Positions 24,500 through 36,419 of a DNA stretch of 64,000 nucleotides are shown piece after piece. A program made the translations under genes and the position numbers. Source of the DNA: Octopus vulgaris. Its lineage: Eukaryota. The notes beneath the pieces were generated by a model. That model worked only from the letters and a program-made list of their open reading frames with translations. It made no database searches and was not told the origin of the DNA. Location of the stretch: assembly GCA_951406725.2 (NCBI GenBank), contig OX597837.1:16864001-16928000 (forward strand), given 5' to 3'. Positions within the stretch are counted from its first letter, which is position 1, and each line of letters opens with the position of its first letter.

Positions 24500-26517
24500 A
24501 TTATTAAGTATTGACAGTTTTTTTTTTCCAAAGGATTCTAATAATTCTAGTATCTTATACATTATAGGGATGGAAAATATAGAAATAATTTCATATTTAT
24601 ATACATATAAATCAAATTAATATAAATCTATAGTTAATTAGTAAATAGTAATTTATTAGTATTAATAAGTTAAATTAAAGGAATATGCTAGACATTTCAT
24701 TTACTTTCTGCATGAGAAATGTATTTACTTGTGCTATAAAATAGATAGTGAATTATAACAGTGTGGTTCATTATAGGTTAAGTGTGGATCGAATAGAAAT
24801 GTATTATCAGCAAGATGATAAAATGGGTAAATGAGTAAGATAAAATGGTTTAAAATTTTAGTGGAGGAAATTTAAATCAGCAAATTGAAAAATAAAATAA
24901 CTTTAGAATATAGTAGATAAGGGGTAGACTAGATTTGTATTCTAAAAACTTATTATAGGATATACCTAGCTTATTTATAATAGGCGAGGTAAGATTCTAT
25001 AAGAAAATACTTAATAATTGCATTATAATTTTATAATTACTAGACTAAAATTAATATTTATTTATCATGGGAGTTGTGTAAGATTAGTGTTTAATATCGT
25101 GTGAAGAAATGATCAAACTATTGGTTAAAAATTTTATTAATAATAAGACCATTATAAAAATAGAAACTAAATAACATAGATATTATAATCTATTCAATTA
25201 TCAGGTTTTGAATATTAATTAAGGGGATTTAGAAAAACTTTTTATGAAAATATTCCTAGCAAATAAGATATTAATTACACACATAACAAAAAAAAACTTT
25301 TAAAATATTTTAAAATATAATGGAAGGGAGGCAACCAAGATGAAAGTTCTTAGAATTAGGGATATTCAAATTTAGTATTCAAGAATGAAGTATGGTTTAT
25401 ATGGGGCATAATAATTTAGGCCAGTTAGGGATAATATTTTTTTTTTAAATGAGGGAAATTATGTGTCGTAGAATTCTTGCAGAAATAGATATGGAAATTA
25501 CCAATTCCTTAAAACTTTTTGTAGATTAAGTATACGACTTTTTATTAGATATATGGAATTTATGTAATAGTTATAGAAATTTAAAAAAGATTTTATTCTA
25601 CTTCATTCAATTTATTTATGCTACTAAATTTCTTAATAATTACTGTAGATTAAATAAAAACTAGTAGGGTATATTATTTCCTTATTTGATTTCAAAACAT
25701 TTAGATTTAAAATTTAGGAATAGCCAGAATGCTATTCTTTAAAATATTTAAAGGTACGGGTAGTACAATGTATGCAAAATACTCCTAGATCAAAATGGTT
25801 ATTCAATAAGTTTACATTATCTCTGTGTTTCAAAATTTCATATATCTCTATAGAACAAAGTTCACATCCTTCTCTACTATTTTTATAAGGCTTGCGCCTT
25901 TCTTATTCTATCCCATTTAAGGCTAAATCCGATATTTTTTCCTTTCAACTCCCAAATTTTATTTTCTGCAGATATACCCCTTGTAAATTACGATATGGCT
26001 ATTGTTTCATTGCTAAACTTCGCTAAGATAAGCTATTATTTGAAGTCATTACTGTACATTTATAAATTACGTTTTGGACCAGACACCGACCAGATACCGG
26101 ACATCTGGACCAAATTCTCAAGATAATTTGTACCAATTACAGCTGGGGGATGATTTCTGATATTAATATTATTTGGGAACAAGTCGTTTTTATTGTTATT
26201 ATTAAAACTATTATTAACATTAGTAGTATTCCTCTTATCTATAATTATATTGTTAGATAGGTTATGGTTGTTTGTTTCTAATTTTTCCTCCATTCCCTCA
26301 CTGTTCACATTTTTATTATTATCATTTATATAATTGATATTATTATTATTATTGTTTATATTAATGTTGTTGTTGTTGTTGTTGTTATTATTATTATTAT
26401 TTTTTTTTTTTTTTTTTAATGAAACTGGTCTCTCTGTCTATATACTTACCATCTTTGAGATGTTGGTAATGGAATAAGTATAAAATTGAATCTCTTCAAT
26501 TTAGCTAAAAATTCCAT

Positions 26518-26607
26518 ATGCAGCTGAAAATTGCTCTACATTTTAAAACTGATGTAATACTTGCATTGTTTAATTAAATGAAGTCGCATGAAACGATCGT
26601 ACTGCAT
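26518..26607 (+). ncRNA. Type I hammerhead motif (G8 changed to A)
   Basis: atgcag-CTGAAAA-ttgc...gcat-GAAAC-gatc-GTA-ctgcat. Confidence 0.7.
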
Positions 26608-26760
26608 TACCTTTGGATATCCTTGTTGCTTATTTTTATTATAATCACCCCATTTTGAATTATATGGATAATACCATACCAGATTCTGGTGTCTTTAACT
26701 TAAGTACCATATTCAACTGAATCTAAATTTTTACTGAGCTTATATATATATATATATATA

Positions 26761-27953
26761 TCTGCAGAAAATAACCCCTTGTAAATTACGATATGGCTAT
26801 TGTTTCATTGCTAAACCTCGCTAAGATAAGTATTTATTTATATTTATATTTATATTTAAGATCTTCAAATTGTTAATTTTAATATTGTATAAGTCTTTGG
26901 TGTAATAATATTTTCCTTATGTAAATATCGTTGTTTATGTAATGATCTAATTATCGTAATTTTCTATATTATTAGATATTAAATTTAAGTTTATTCGTAA
27001 GATATTACTTAGCGATAGATTTCTTATTTGATAGCAAGCATACGAGGTGTATTAAGTTAGGCTTTTGTATATACATGTTTTAATAGTATTAATTGTAGTT
27101 TTAAATTTATAATTAAATTAGATAAACTTTGATAAACTTAGATATGTTTCGACTAAAGATTGGTCCAGGCCATGTCTAATTTAATAGCATAACTTAGTTA
27201 TTTCTTTAAATTGATATTCGGTAGTTATTCCCATTGATAATTATATTTATAGTATTTATTCGATACTATATTACTACGAATTGATTATTTCTATAAGTAT
27301 TTTACATAAGATTTCCGAAAGTTCGCTTAAGTTTGTTTATTTGTATTTTGAAATTAGCTATTTCATCTTTAAATATGAAAAGTTAATTTATTAGGTTTTT
27401 ATTATATGTGCATATATATTTATTTATAGAGATTATTTTAGATCTTAATTATATTTATACACATTTATATATTTTCATTGAAAATTTATATATATTAGTC
27501 ATTTTTAAATATTTATGTAATTAGATATAGACTAATACCGATATTAGATTATTGGTGGGTTTCCTACCTTATTAATTAAAATTAATATTTAACATTATAG
27601 TCGATTTTGATATAATCATAATTGTTAAGTTTTATATTTCTAGTTTGATAATAGAGTTTATTATAAGTAAAATTATTATATTATTTATATCTTTTATATC
27701 TTAAAAATATTGTTTAAATATTTCTGATTATATTTTAGATATTTCAATTAACCTGAAGATTGACTGTAACCATAACTCGAATTATTACGAATTGTACAGC
27801 CATGAAACGATCGTAGTGTTTTACTCTTTATTTTTTATTAAACTTTTAATACTTTTTATATATATTTAAAATAATATAAATTAATTAATTTTATGTATTG
27901 GCTTATGTTTTTCATTGTTTGATTTGCCTAATAGTGGTTTTATCTCTAATTTA

Positions 27954-27960
<7 letters not shown>
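26761..27960. mobile_element. AT-rich Penelope-like remnant between (TA)n tracts
   Basis: Starts with a direct copy of ~25965-26032; carries a hammerhead motif near its right end; no intact ORF. Confidence 0.55.
27751..27817 (+). ncRNA. Minimal hammerhead motif with intact core and weak stem I
   Basis: ac-CTGAAGA-ttgactgta...tacagccat-GAAAC-gatc-GTA-gt. Confidence 0.6.
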
Positions 27961-28019
<59 letters not shown>

Positions 28020-28412
28020 TTAACAGCCCTCATCGTTTATTTTTACTGTGTTATTCTCTTTGTTCTTACTGTCCTGTTCTTGTTACCACTTTTACCCCTC
28101 CGCAAAAATCCCAAATTTTATTTAATTTGCCTTGCGGGAAGGACTGTTTCAATGAAGTCGCGTCTTACCTTTGTAACGCAGAGTAGACGAAACAGGGACA
28201 ATTGAAGAAGGGGAATATTCCTTGTGTTGTATATCTTGTATTGTTTTTTCGTTGTTTGAAAAAAAGTTCGTTTCCATGTTTTTGTTTTTATGTTTTCTTT
28301 TCTCATAGTGTTCAACGTTTTTTTGATGTCCTGTACCCATATATGCATGTATATATTTATGTAGATGCAGGTATGTACATATATGTATATATGCATATAT
28401 TTATATACTATT

Positions 28413-28420
<8 letters not shown>
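28020..28420 (+). mobile_element. (TA)n-flanked interspersed repeat family (related copies ~32100-32320, 39545-39970, 45598-45995)
   Basis: Shared ttttacccctccgcaaaaa...gaagaaggggaat.ttccttgtg...gatgtcctgtac and tatgcatgtatatat.atgtagatg blocks. Confidence 0.7.
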
Positions 28421-28475
<55 letters not shown>

Positions 28476-28601
28476 TTATATTATATAACAGCAGGAAATT
28501 GCATCAAAAAATCATCACAGCAGATATACGTCCAAAATAATATTGTATTTATTGATAGATGTATAAATATATAAAGTATGGTTATTTAAAATTTTTAAAT
28601 A

Positions 28602-28690
28602 TCTTACGATCGCTTCATGAATGTATTATCTTTCGAAATGAAATCTAGAATTGATAATCATTATTAGGTAATACATCCACTCGTCAGAGA
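28602..28690 (-). ncRNA. Type I hammerhead motif, GAAG variant
   Basis: Minus strand tct-CTGACGA-gtggatgtatta...taatacattcat-GAAGC-gatc-GTA-aga; 12-bp stem II. Confidence 0.7.
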
Positions 28691-29238
28691 AAAGGGGGTG
28701 AATTTCTGTGTAGTTAATCGAATGCTATTTAAGAATATATGAAAAAGATGTTTAAAGATGTATAAAAAGTTACTGGCATAGATGTGTGTTGGTACAATCT
28801 TGTGCTAAAAATTTTGAAGAAATAATATGCATCCATGGTAAAATTCTCTGCAGTAATCCATAATGGCTGTTTGTAAATATAAATCCCATAATTCTGTTCT
28901 CTTCAATGTGTGATCCATAAATGCAGAAAATAAAAGTAGTTAAATCTTTGCCTTTTATACTTATTGCTTTTTTATCAATGACGCAAGTATTTTATTTCTT
29001 TCTTTCCCTTTTTCTTTCTCCCCGCCACCTCCATTCTTTCTTTTCTGAACGTGTGGCGTAATCTGTGTCAGTCGTGACGTAAGATTTTTATGAATAAAAT
29101 AGCTTGAATACATTTACTCTCACCCGCCTTCTCTTCTCGCTGCCTTTCCTCAGTATACTTTACATTATTTTCGTTAACTTATTTACTATTTTATTTGTGC
29201 GTCACCATCGCCTCTTCTAGGTTGACAAAATTTGAAAC

Positions 29239-29308
<70 letters not shown>

Positions 29309-29344
29309 GCTGTTGCTGTTGTTGTTGTTGTTGTTGTTGTTGTT

Positions 29345-29515
29345 AAGGCTGCGAGCTGCCCGTTGACATATTCTGAGTCAAATTCTGCCGAGGTCGACTT
29401 TGCCTTTCATCCTTTCGGGGTCGATTAAGTACCAGTGAAACTCTGGGGTCGATGTAATCGACACATCCCCGCCCTTGGGACAAAATTTGAAATCCTCATT
29501 ATTATTATTATTATT

Positions 29516-29563
<48 letters not shown>

Positions 29564-30440
29564 GCTGTTGCGGTAGTTAGTTTGCCGTTAGGTTCTGAAT
29601 TAAAATTCCGTCGAGGTCGACTTTGCCTTTCATCCTTTCGGGGTACTAGATAAATTAAGTACTAGTAGGGTCGATGTAATTGACTTACCTCCTCCCTCGA
29701 ACTTGCTGGATTTGCTGCCCTTAAGGAAAAGTTTGAAATCGTTATTATAATTACTGTTAAGGCGGCGAGCTGGCTGAAACGTTAGCACACTGGGCAAAAT
29801 GCTTACCGGCATTTTGTCCGTCCTTACGTTCTGAGTTCAAATTCAGCCAAGGTCGATTTTGCCTTTCATTCTTCCGAGGTTGATAAATTAAGTATCAGTT
29901 GAGTACTGTGGTCAATGTAATCGACTCATGCCCTCCCCCAAAATGGCTGCCCTTAAGGAAAAGTTTGAAATCGTTATTATAATTACTGTTAAGGCGGCGA
30001 GCTGGTAAAATCTTTAGTACGCCGGTCAAAATGCTTAGCGGCATTTCGTTCGTCATTACGTTCTGTGTTCAAATTCTGCAAAGGTCGGCTTTGCCTGTCA
30101 TCCTTTTGTGGTCGATAAGATAAGTATCAGTTGAGTACTGTGGTCAATGTAATCGACTAGACCCCCCGCAGAAAAAAAAATCAGGCCTTGTACCTTTAGC
30201 TGAAAGGATTCTTCTTCTTGCTGTTATTATTTAGGCAACGAGCTGGTAAAATCTTTAGTACGCCGGTCAAAATGCTTAGCGGCATTTCGTTCGTCATTAC
30301 GTTCTGTGTTCAAATTCTGCAAAGGTCGGCTTTGCCTGTCATCCTTTTGTGGTCGATAAGATAAGTACCAGTTGAGTACTGGGATCGATGCAATCGATTT
30401 TTTCCTTCCCCGAACTTGCTGGCCTTGTACCAAAATTTGT
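29345..30440 (+). mobile_element. Head-to-tail array of about five SINE family 1 copies separated by (ATT)n/(GTT)n or short spacers
   Basis: Repeated ggcggcgagctgg...gttcaaattc...gtcgactttgcctttcatcc units at ~29345, 29580, 29760, 29993, 30234. Confidence 0.85.
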
Positions 30441-30446
30441 AATTTG

Positions 30447-30539
<93 letters not shown>

Positions 30540-30813
30540 TAGCAAATCTACCCATCTACGATAGAGGCATAAAATGAGGGAGGGAAATCACAACAGCAGT
30601 ATGTATTGAAAAATGTGTAAATGGATTTTAATATCAATATGATTACAAAACTTCTTTGTGGACGATATTTTGTGTGTTATCGACACTAATTTTCAAGTTA
30701 CTGGAGTCCGTTCCTCTACTCACAGAGACTTATAACTGACCGTGTGTAAACATTGGAGTGGGTAAAATACACCTACACGATCTAAAGTCTGGCCTTGTGC
30801 CTTATTTACAGGG

Positions 30814-31705
30814 TTGCTTGATGCTGTCAACAAAACTGATACATTAATACCTGGAAGAAGAATTATTTTCCCACCAACCATCACCGGCAGTCCAAGATTT
30901 TACAGCGAGGCCTTCCAAAATGCCATGGCAATAGTAAGAGCAATGGGAAAGCCAGATTACTTCATCACATTTACCACAAATCCAAAATGTTCGGAGTTAT
31001 TGTCCGCCCTATTTCCTGGGGAGCATGCACAGGACCGACCTGATATTGCCTGTCGAGTATTCAAAATCAAGCTCGGCGAACTTCTCCATGATCTACTGAA
31101 AAAAACACGTTCTGTGAAGAGTCATCGCCTATACACTAACTATTGAATAGTAAAAATGTGGCTTTACAAGCGCACATATACTACTTATCATGGCTAATCA
31201 TCATAAACCGACTGTTAAAAAAATCACAGACAAAGTAGTTAGTGCCGAAATACCCGACAAACACCGAAACTCGGAGTTAGTCAACTCAGTTATGGCACAT
31301 AATATTCATGGTCCATGTGAAGCATTCTGGAAGTTGTATGGATTTTACATACACCAAAAGTATCCTACAGTCGAAAAACTTCCCTGTCATTTACCTGATG
31401 AGCAGACTGTACAATACGACTCGACTTCTGTCGCTGCGGCTCTGGGACGCGGACCACCGTTAACTAAACTGACAGCTTATTTTCAAACACGACGAAAAAG
31501 CCCGACAGATAGATTTTATACCGAGATTTTCCTAAATATTACACCTGGAACAATAAAACCAAGTCGTAGCAAAAACGAAAACGAGGTACAACAGATGATA
31601 GTGATAACGTCAAAACTGATACTATCGGATGAATCCACACATATCATATAGTGCTCGTCAGTCAGAACTGTTTGGCCTTCGGATATTCCTTCACCATATT
31701 AAAGA
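30814..31705 (+). pseudogene. Helitron Rep (HUH) domain fragments
   Basis: GSPRFYSEAFQNAMAIVRAMGKPDYFITFTTNP, DRPDIACRVFKIKL, AHILLI, SAEIPD, HNIHGPC, EAFWKLYGF...VEKLPCHLP. Confidence 0.92.
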
Positions 31706-32670
31706 ACGGTATAACGGAATGTTACTTTCCAGAAAGTTTTCCCGAGTCGCTATCAAATTGTAAGCTGTAATCCGTTCCAACGAGGGAAATGCATACCAAA
31801 GCATTATCTTCCACTTGTACTTGCACTTGTCTTGATTTCCGGCGAGCTAGAGAGTTCTTTATCTGTTCCGAAGCTCTCACTTGAGGATTTTTACGTGTTA
31901 CTTGGCGAGCTAGTGTATCATTGCTCTGTTCCGACGTTCTCACTTCTGTATCACGGCGAATTCTATAAGCTTCCATATCCTTGTCTGTATTCACTGTTAG
32001 ACTGTCTCTTACTTTTTATAGCGGCAGTTTTCCTGGTAGTCCTACCAATTCATGATTTCCGTTTCCAGGTCATAATGGCGAGGAACGAAGGAAAATTTAA
32101 TAAAGTATTACACAACTTTATGCAATTTCCTGTTCTTATTTCATAATATAATATAATATAATATAATATAATATAATATAATAAAATATAATATAATATG
32201 ATATAATATAATATTATATATATATAATATAAATAATATATAAATATATGCATATATACATACATATATGTACATACCTACATCTACATGAATATATACA
32301 TGCATATATGGGTACGGGACATTATGCATACAATCGTTATTGATAAAGTTCATAATAGTCATATACCGACTAAAGATGAGCCAAGGCCATCGCAATCATT
32401 CCTTAACGGCGTAATTCAGTGGAGAAGTTAATTTACTTCTCTTCGCTGCTTTTATTACGAGTTACCTCCCCTTAATTTTTATTTACTTTATGTACGCCCG
32501 TAAACTGAAAAATTACTTTCAATATCCACTAAATGATCATACTTTTTCACATTTTTTTTCGCTAAAAACCTGCCTGGATTACCTCCTTCGTAATCCCGAA
32601 AAACATCGTGACCATTGGTCCAGCCGTTTGACCATCAGGAGGGTACAGACAGACAGACGGTCATTACGTC

Positions 32671-33270
32671 TGTAACGAACTTAGTGAGTGTGAATATCTT
32701 CTCTTGTACTTTCGGGGTACAAGAAAGCAATCACTAGCCGTTGCTTTAATAATCCAGAATTCTACCAGTCAGAAACAACAAGATGCAGACGTAAAAGATA
32801 TATATACTACTTTATTCTCTTTCTTGGTAACTGTAACAATAAGTGGTTATCTGATGTCCTTGGTTCGGGGCGCGCAAGGCTGAAAGTTAATCGATTGTAA
32901 TATTTACAATGTTCAGCCGCCAAAAACAGAACGGGTTAAATATGGCGTCCGGAACAGGGAAGATGAATGTGGTCGGCAACAATTTGGTTAAAAGCTTTCG
33001 GCCGACTGCTATCAAAGCTGGACAGCGAGAATACACGTCCGTCTCCTTCGGTTGCAGCTGTCCCAAGTCGCCGCTGCTGCTGGACGCTGGTGGTCAACGT
33101 CTTACGACCCCCTTGCCTCGGCTAACTGCTACGTAGGCAAAAGGGTTCTTCTTCCGGTGCTTCGCGCATGCGCGAGAGGGCCCTTCCTCTCTCTGCCTTG
33201 GTAAAGGCACCAACACGCGCGAAATACAAATGGACGGTGCGCGAGCGCGCGCCGTTATAGGATCACTACA
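32671..33270. mobile_element. Solo LTR (600 bp), TSD cgtc
   Basis: tgtaacg...cactaca flanked by cgtc on both sides. Confidence 0.8.
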
Positions 33271-33305
33271 CGTCCATTGTAGTATGAGTATTAATATTAT
33301 TATTG

Positions 33306-33507
33306 GCGAGCTAATCATTAGTCCGCTGGGCGAAATGCTTAGCGGTATTTCGTTTGTCGCTACGTTTCGAATTCAAATTCCGTCGATGTCGACTTTACCT
33401 TTCATCATTTCGGAGTCGATAAAATAAGTACCAGCTGAACACTCGTGTAGATGTAATCGACTAATACCCGCCCCAATATTGCTTACCTTTGTGGAAAAAT
33501 TTGAAAC

Positions 33508-33562
<55 letters not shown>

Positions 33563-33565
33563 GTT

Positions 33566-33663
<98 letters not shown>

Positions 33664-33930
33664 GATGGCGAGCATGTAGAATCGTCAGAGCCTCAGACAA
33701 AATGAATAGCGGCATTTCTCCTGGCTCATTTTATTTTGAGTTGCTGTCCTGCTGATGTCAATTTTACCTTTCATTTCTTAGGAATCGAGGCAGTCAAGTA
33801 CTACAGTCAATTTAACTAACTAATATCGCTCTCTTCAAATCATTTGCCCTATACTTATACCTAAGTGTTTGTTCCGGTTCCTTACATTCTGAGTTCAAAT
33901 CTCGCTGAGATAACTTTGCCTTTAATCATT
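33306..33930 (+). mobile_element. SINE family 1 copies separated by (ATT)n(GTT)n(ATT)n
   Basis: ggcgagctaatcattagtccgctgggcgaaatgcttagcggtatttcg...ttcaaattcc; more decayed copies from 33665. Confidence 0.75.
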
Positions 33931-34366
33931 TCAGTGGATAAAATAAACGCTCTATCAGACATATGAGGTACTCCGATATTTCTTCAGATATCTGGGAGGA
34001 GAAGGCCTTTCGGCACGATGAACTGTGCCGATCTCTAAAGCTCGTAATTCCAGCAGAGAGAAAACGAAAAAGCACACGAAAGAAATCACTTCGCCTTTGC
34101 GCGAAGTAACTTTATCTGCAGCAGATGTCATCACTGCTGTAGATCAAGCGCAGGCCTTGCAGTCTATAAGTGAGCCTGCCAAAGATGATTTCTGAGCAGA
34201 ACAGTCAACGTCGACCTTCGATGGACAGCCTGTGACGACGACGACAATGAAATAGAATACCAAGCAAGGTCAATTTAATCAAACCAACCGCTCGCATAAT
34301 TTTGTAACCTTGTGCCTATGACAGAAATGATTGGAGTTATCGTTTTTGCTAGATTGGTCAGAAGAA

Positions 34367-35015
34367 CGAGGTGGTATCAAAGGGTTCCCGGACTATTTAT
34401 GTTTAATCAAAAATAACTTATTTACCTAAGTTTTAACATCATCTCCTTTGAAATAGTCATCTTGCGCAGCAATATACCAGTCCCAGCGCACCTACTATTT
34501 TTGGAATCCAGCCTGGAATTCGTTTTCCATAAACGAGTCAAGGACCATCTGTGATTCGCTCTGGATCTCGACAACGGTGTTAAAACAGGAACCTTTGAGC
34601 TGCACTTTCTTCTTGGGGAACAGATGGAAGTCTGCAACTGCTAAATCTGGTGAATTGGGCGGATGCGAAAGCGATACCATGTTGTTTTGAGCGAGAAACT
34701 CACGCGTGAGGAGAGCTTGGTGATAGCGTGCATTGTCGTCGTGAAGAATCCAATTTGTCTCGCTCCACAAATCCGATCGCTTTTTCCATCAAACACTTCA
34801 AAACGCGGCAGTAGAACTATCGATTGAGGGTCTGGTCCTGGGGGCGAAATTCTCGATGCACAATACCACATTTACGGGGATGACACTCGTACCAGGTCTT
34901 CCAAATCACTCATTGTCTTCCAGAGACGTTCTTCCGCTTTTGAAGCGCCCGTGCCATTCGAAACAATACGTACAACACATTGCTCCGCGCCGTAAAATTG
35001 CCGAAGCATACCCAA
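34367..35015 (-). pseudogene. mariner-type transposon remnant
   Basis: WILHDDNARYH...HPPNSPDLAVADFHLFPK (ORF 34495-34770); FEWHGRFKSGRTSLED; TIR-like cgaggtggtatcaaagggttcccggact. Confidence 0.88.
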
Positions 35016-35114
35016 TGTCGCTGGAGTAGACTTCCCAGGATTGCGGTTTCGATTCCCAGACCAGACATTGTGAGTGTTTATTGAGCGGAAACACCTAAAG
35101 CTCCACGAGACTCT

Positions 35115-35735
35115 GTTTTAAACTTCGTATACTGGTAGAATGTGTTTATAAAACATCATTTTCTCTTGTCTTTATTGAGAAAATTCTATAGCTTGTAAGA
35201 TATTTCGTCTGAAATTTCTTGCATTTCGGCAATTTTAACCAATCACTGACGTCCATTTAGGTAAATAACATTCTGTGCATAATGAATAAGTCCCTCATTT
35301 AAGAAAGAGATTGGGTTTATTTACATTTGTGAAGAAAAAAAGATACCCTTTCCCAACCCCTAACCCTAAATCTAAAATAGATTGAAATGCAATAGATTGA
35401 TACTAGGGCCATAATTATGGGTTACATTTTCATTTGACACCGCTAGAAAAAAATCCCATTTTCCGTAGCGGTGTCGTATGAAATTATCACATATAATTAT
35501 AACCCTAGTGTCGATCTATTGCATTTTAATCTATTTTAGATTTAGGGTTAGGGTTAGGGGTGGGGGAAGAGTATCTTTTTTCTTCACAAATGTAAATAAA
35601 CCCAATCTGTTTCTTAAAGGAGGGACATATTCATTATACACAGAATATATCTTACAAACTATAGAATTTTCTCAATAAAACCAAGAGAAAATGATGTTTT
35701 ATAAACACATTCTACCAGTATACGAAGTTTAAAAC
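35115..35735. repeat. Foldback (inverted dimer) of a non-coding element containing cctaaccctaa
   Basis: gttttaaacttcgtatactggtagaatgtg mirrors cacattctaccagtatacgaagtttaaaac; centre gacaccgcta...tagcggtgtc. Confidence 0.85.
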
Positions 35736-36419
35736 TTTTTAGTTACCTAGAAATTATGTTACAAAGTGCTGTTCAAAAGGAAAAGATCCAATATAAGTAT
35801 GCTATTAAAATAAATGATCTTTTATATGCCTTTTTAAAAATCACTCTGTTGCCCTAACGGTATTCCTTACACACATGCATGCACACACTCAGCGTCAGCG
35901 ATATACTTTTACAGATAGTAAGAGAGAGTGTGGTAAAAATGTATAGAGAGGGGTAAAATTTACCATGAGAAAAGCTATAAATCTGTTGCTGTCACAGATT
36001 TTGAAACTTTAAAATTAAGTGAACAATTTTCAATGGTGGTACGGTGTATTCTTTCACGGTCAATTCAAGTTTATGATTCATTTATTCTAGACATTTTTTT
36101 GAAAAATATTACAGTGGTTTAAAGTTTGATCATTTTTAACCAATCAGAAAACAGGATTTATGCGAAATAGTTGTCATAAAATGAAAATAAACATAAAAAT
36201 GAAAGCAATGCGTGAGAATTAATTATACAAGGAGAGCGAGTGTCAAAGAGTATAATAAATATAGAGCGATACACTGGTGTGACGGATAGAGAGTGGGAGA
36301 GTTGTTGATCTAAAAGTTAAGCTATTTCTCGTAGAAAATTATATATTTTTATTATTATATATGGACGACCTTTCTTTGGGACGCAGATTTCGAAAATCAA
36401 ATTTGTTTGTCTCGAGGGT

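Larger units (their letters stand above)
23413..26645 (-). mobile_element. AT-rich Penelope-like element: sense 3' pLTR (23413-23645), inverted 5' pLTR (26418-26645), degenerate GIY-YIG region
   Basis: ~230-bp inverted terminal blocks; minus-strand CPVSGRCLVQNVIYKCTV (~26050-26103), KIWELKGKNIGFSLKW and CELCSIEIYEIL (~25830-25965); internal inversion 23970-24075 vs 25020-25122; (TA)n flanks. Confidence 0.8.
30539..33285 (-). mobile_element. Rearranged Helitron with minus-strand termini and an internal plus-strand Rep segment
   Basis: Minus-strand hairpin-like sequence plus CTAG|T at 30539-30570; Helitron-like 5' region (catactac...gtctgtctgtc) near 32645-33285, split by an LTR; Arg-rich N-terminal repeats on the minus strand at 31722-31994. 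Confidence 0.55.

Noticed and set aside
27150-27180. gactaaagat...ggccat (also ~32368) as a hammerhead
   Set aside because: No downstream GAAA/stem III/UH arrangement.
35350-35570. Interstitial telomere
   Set aside because: Only about two TTAGGG units per arm, embedded in a dispersed foldback element.
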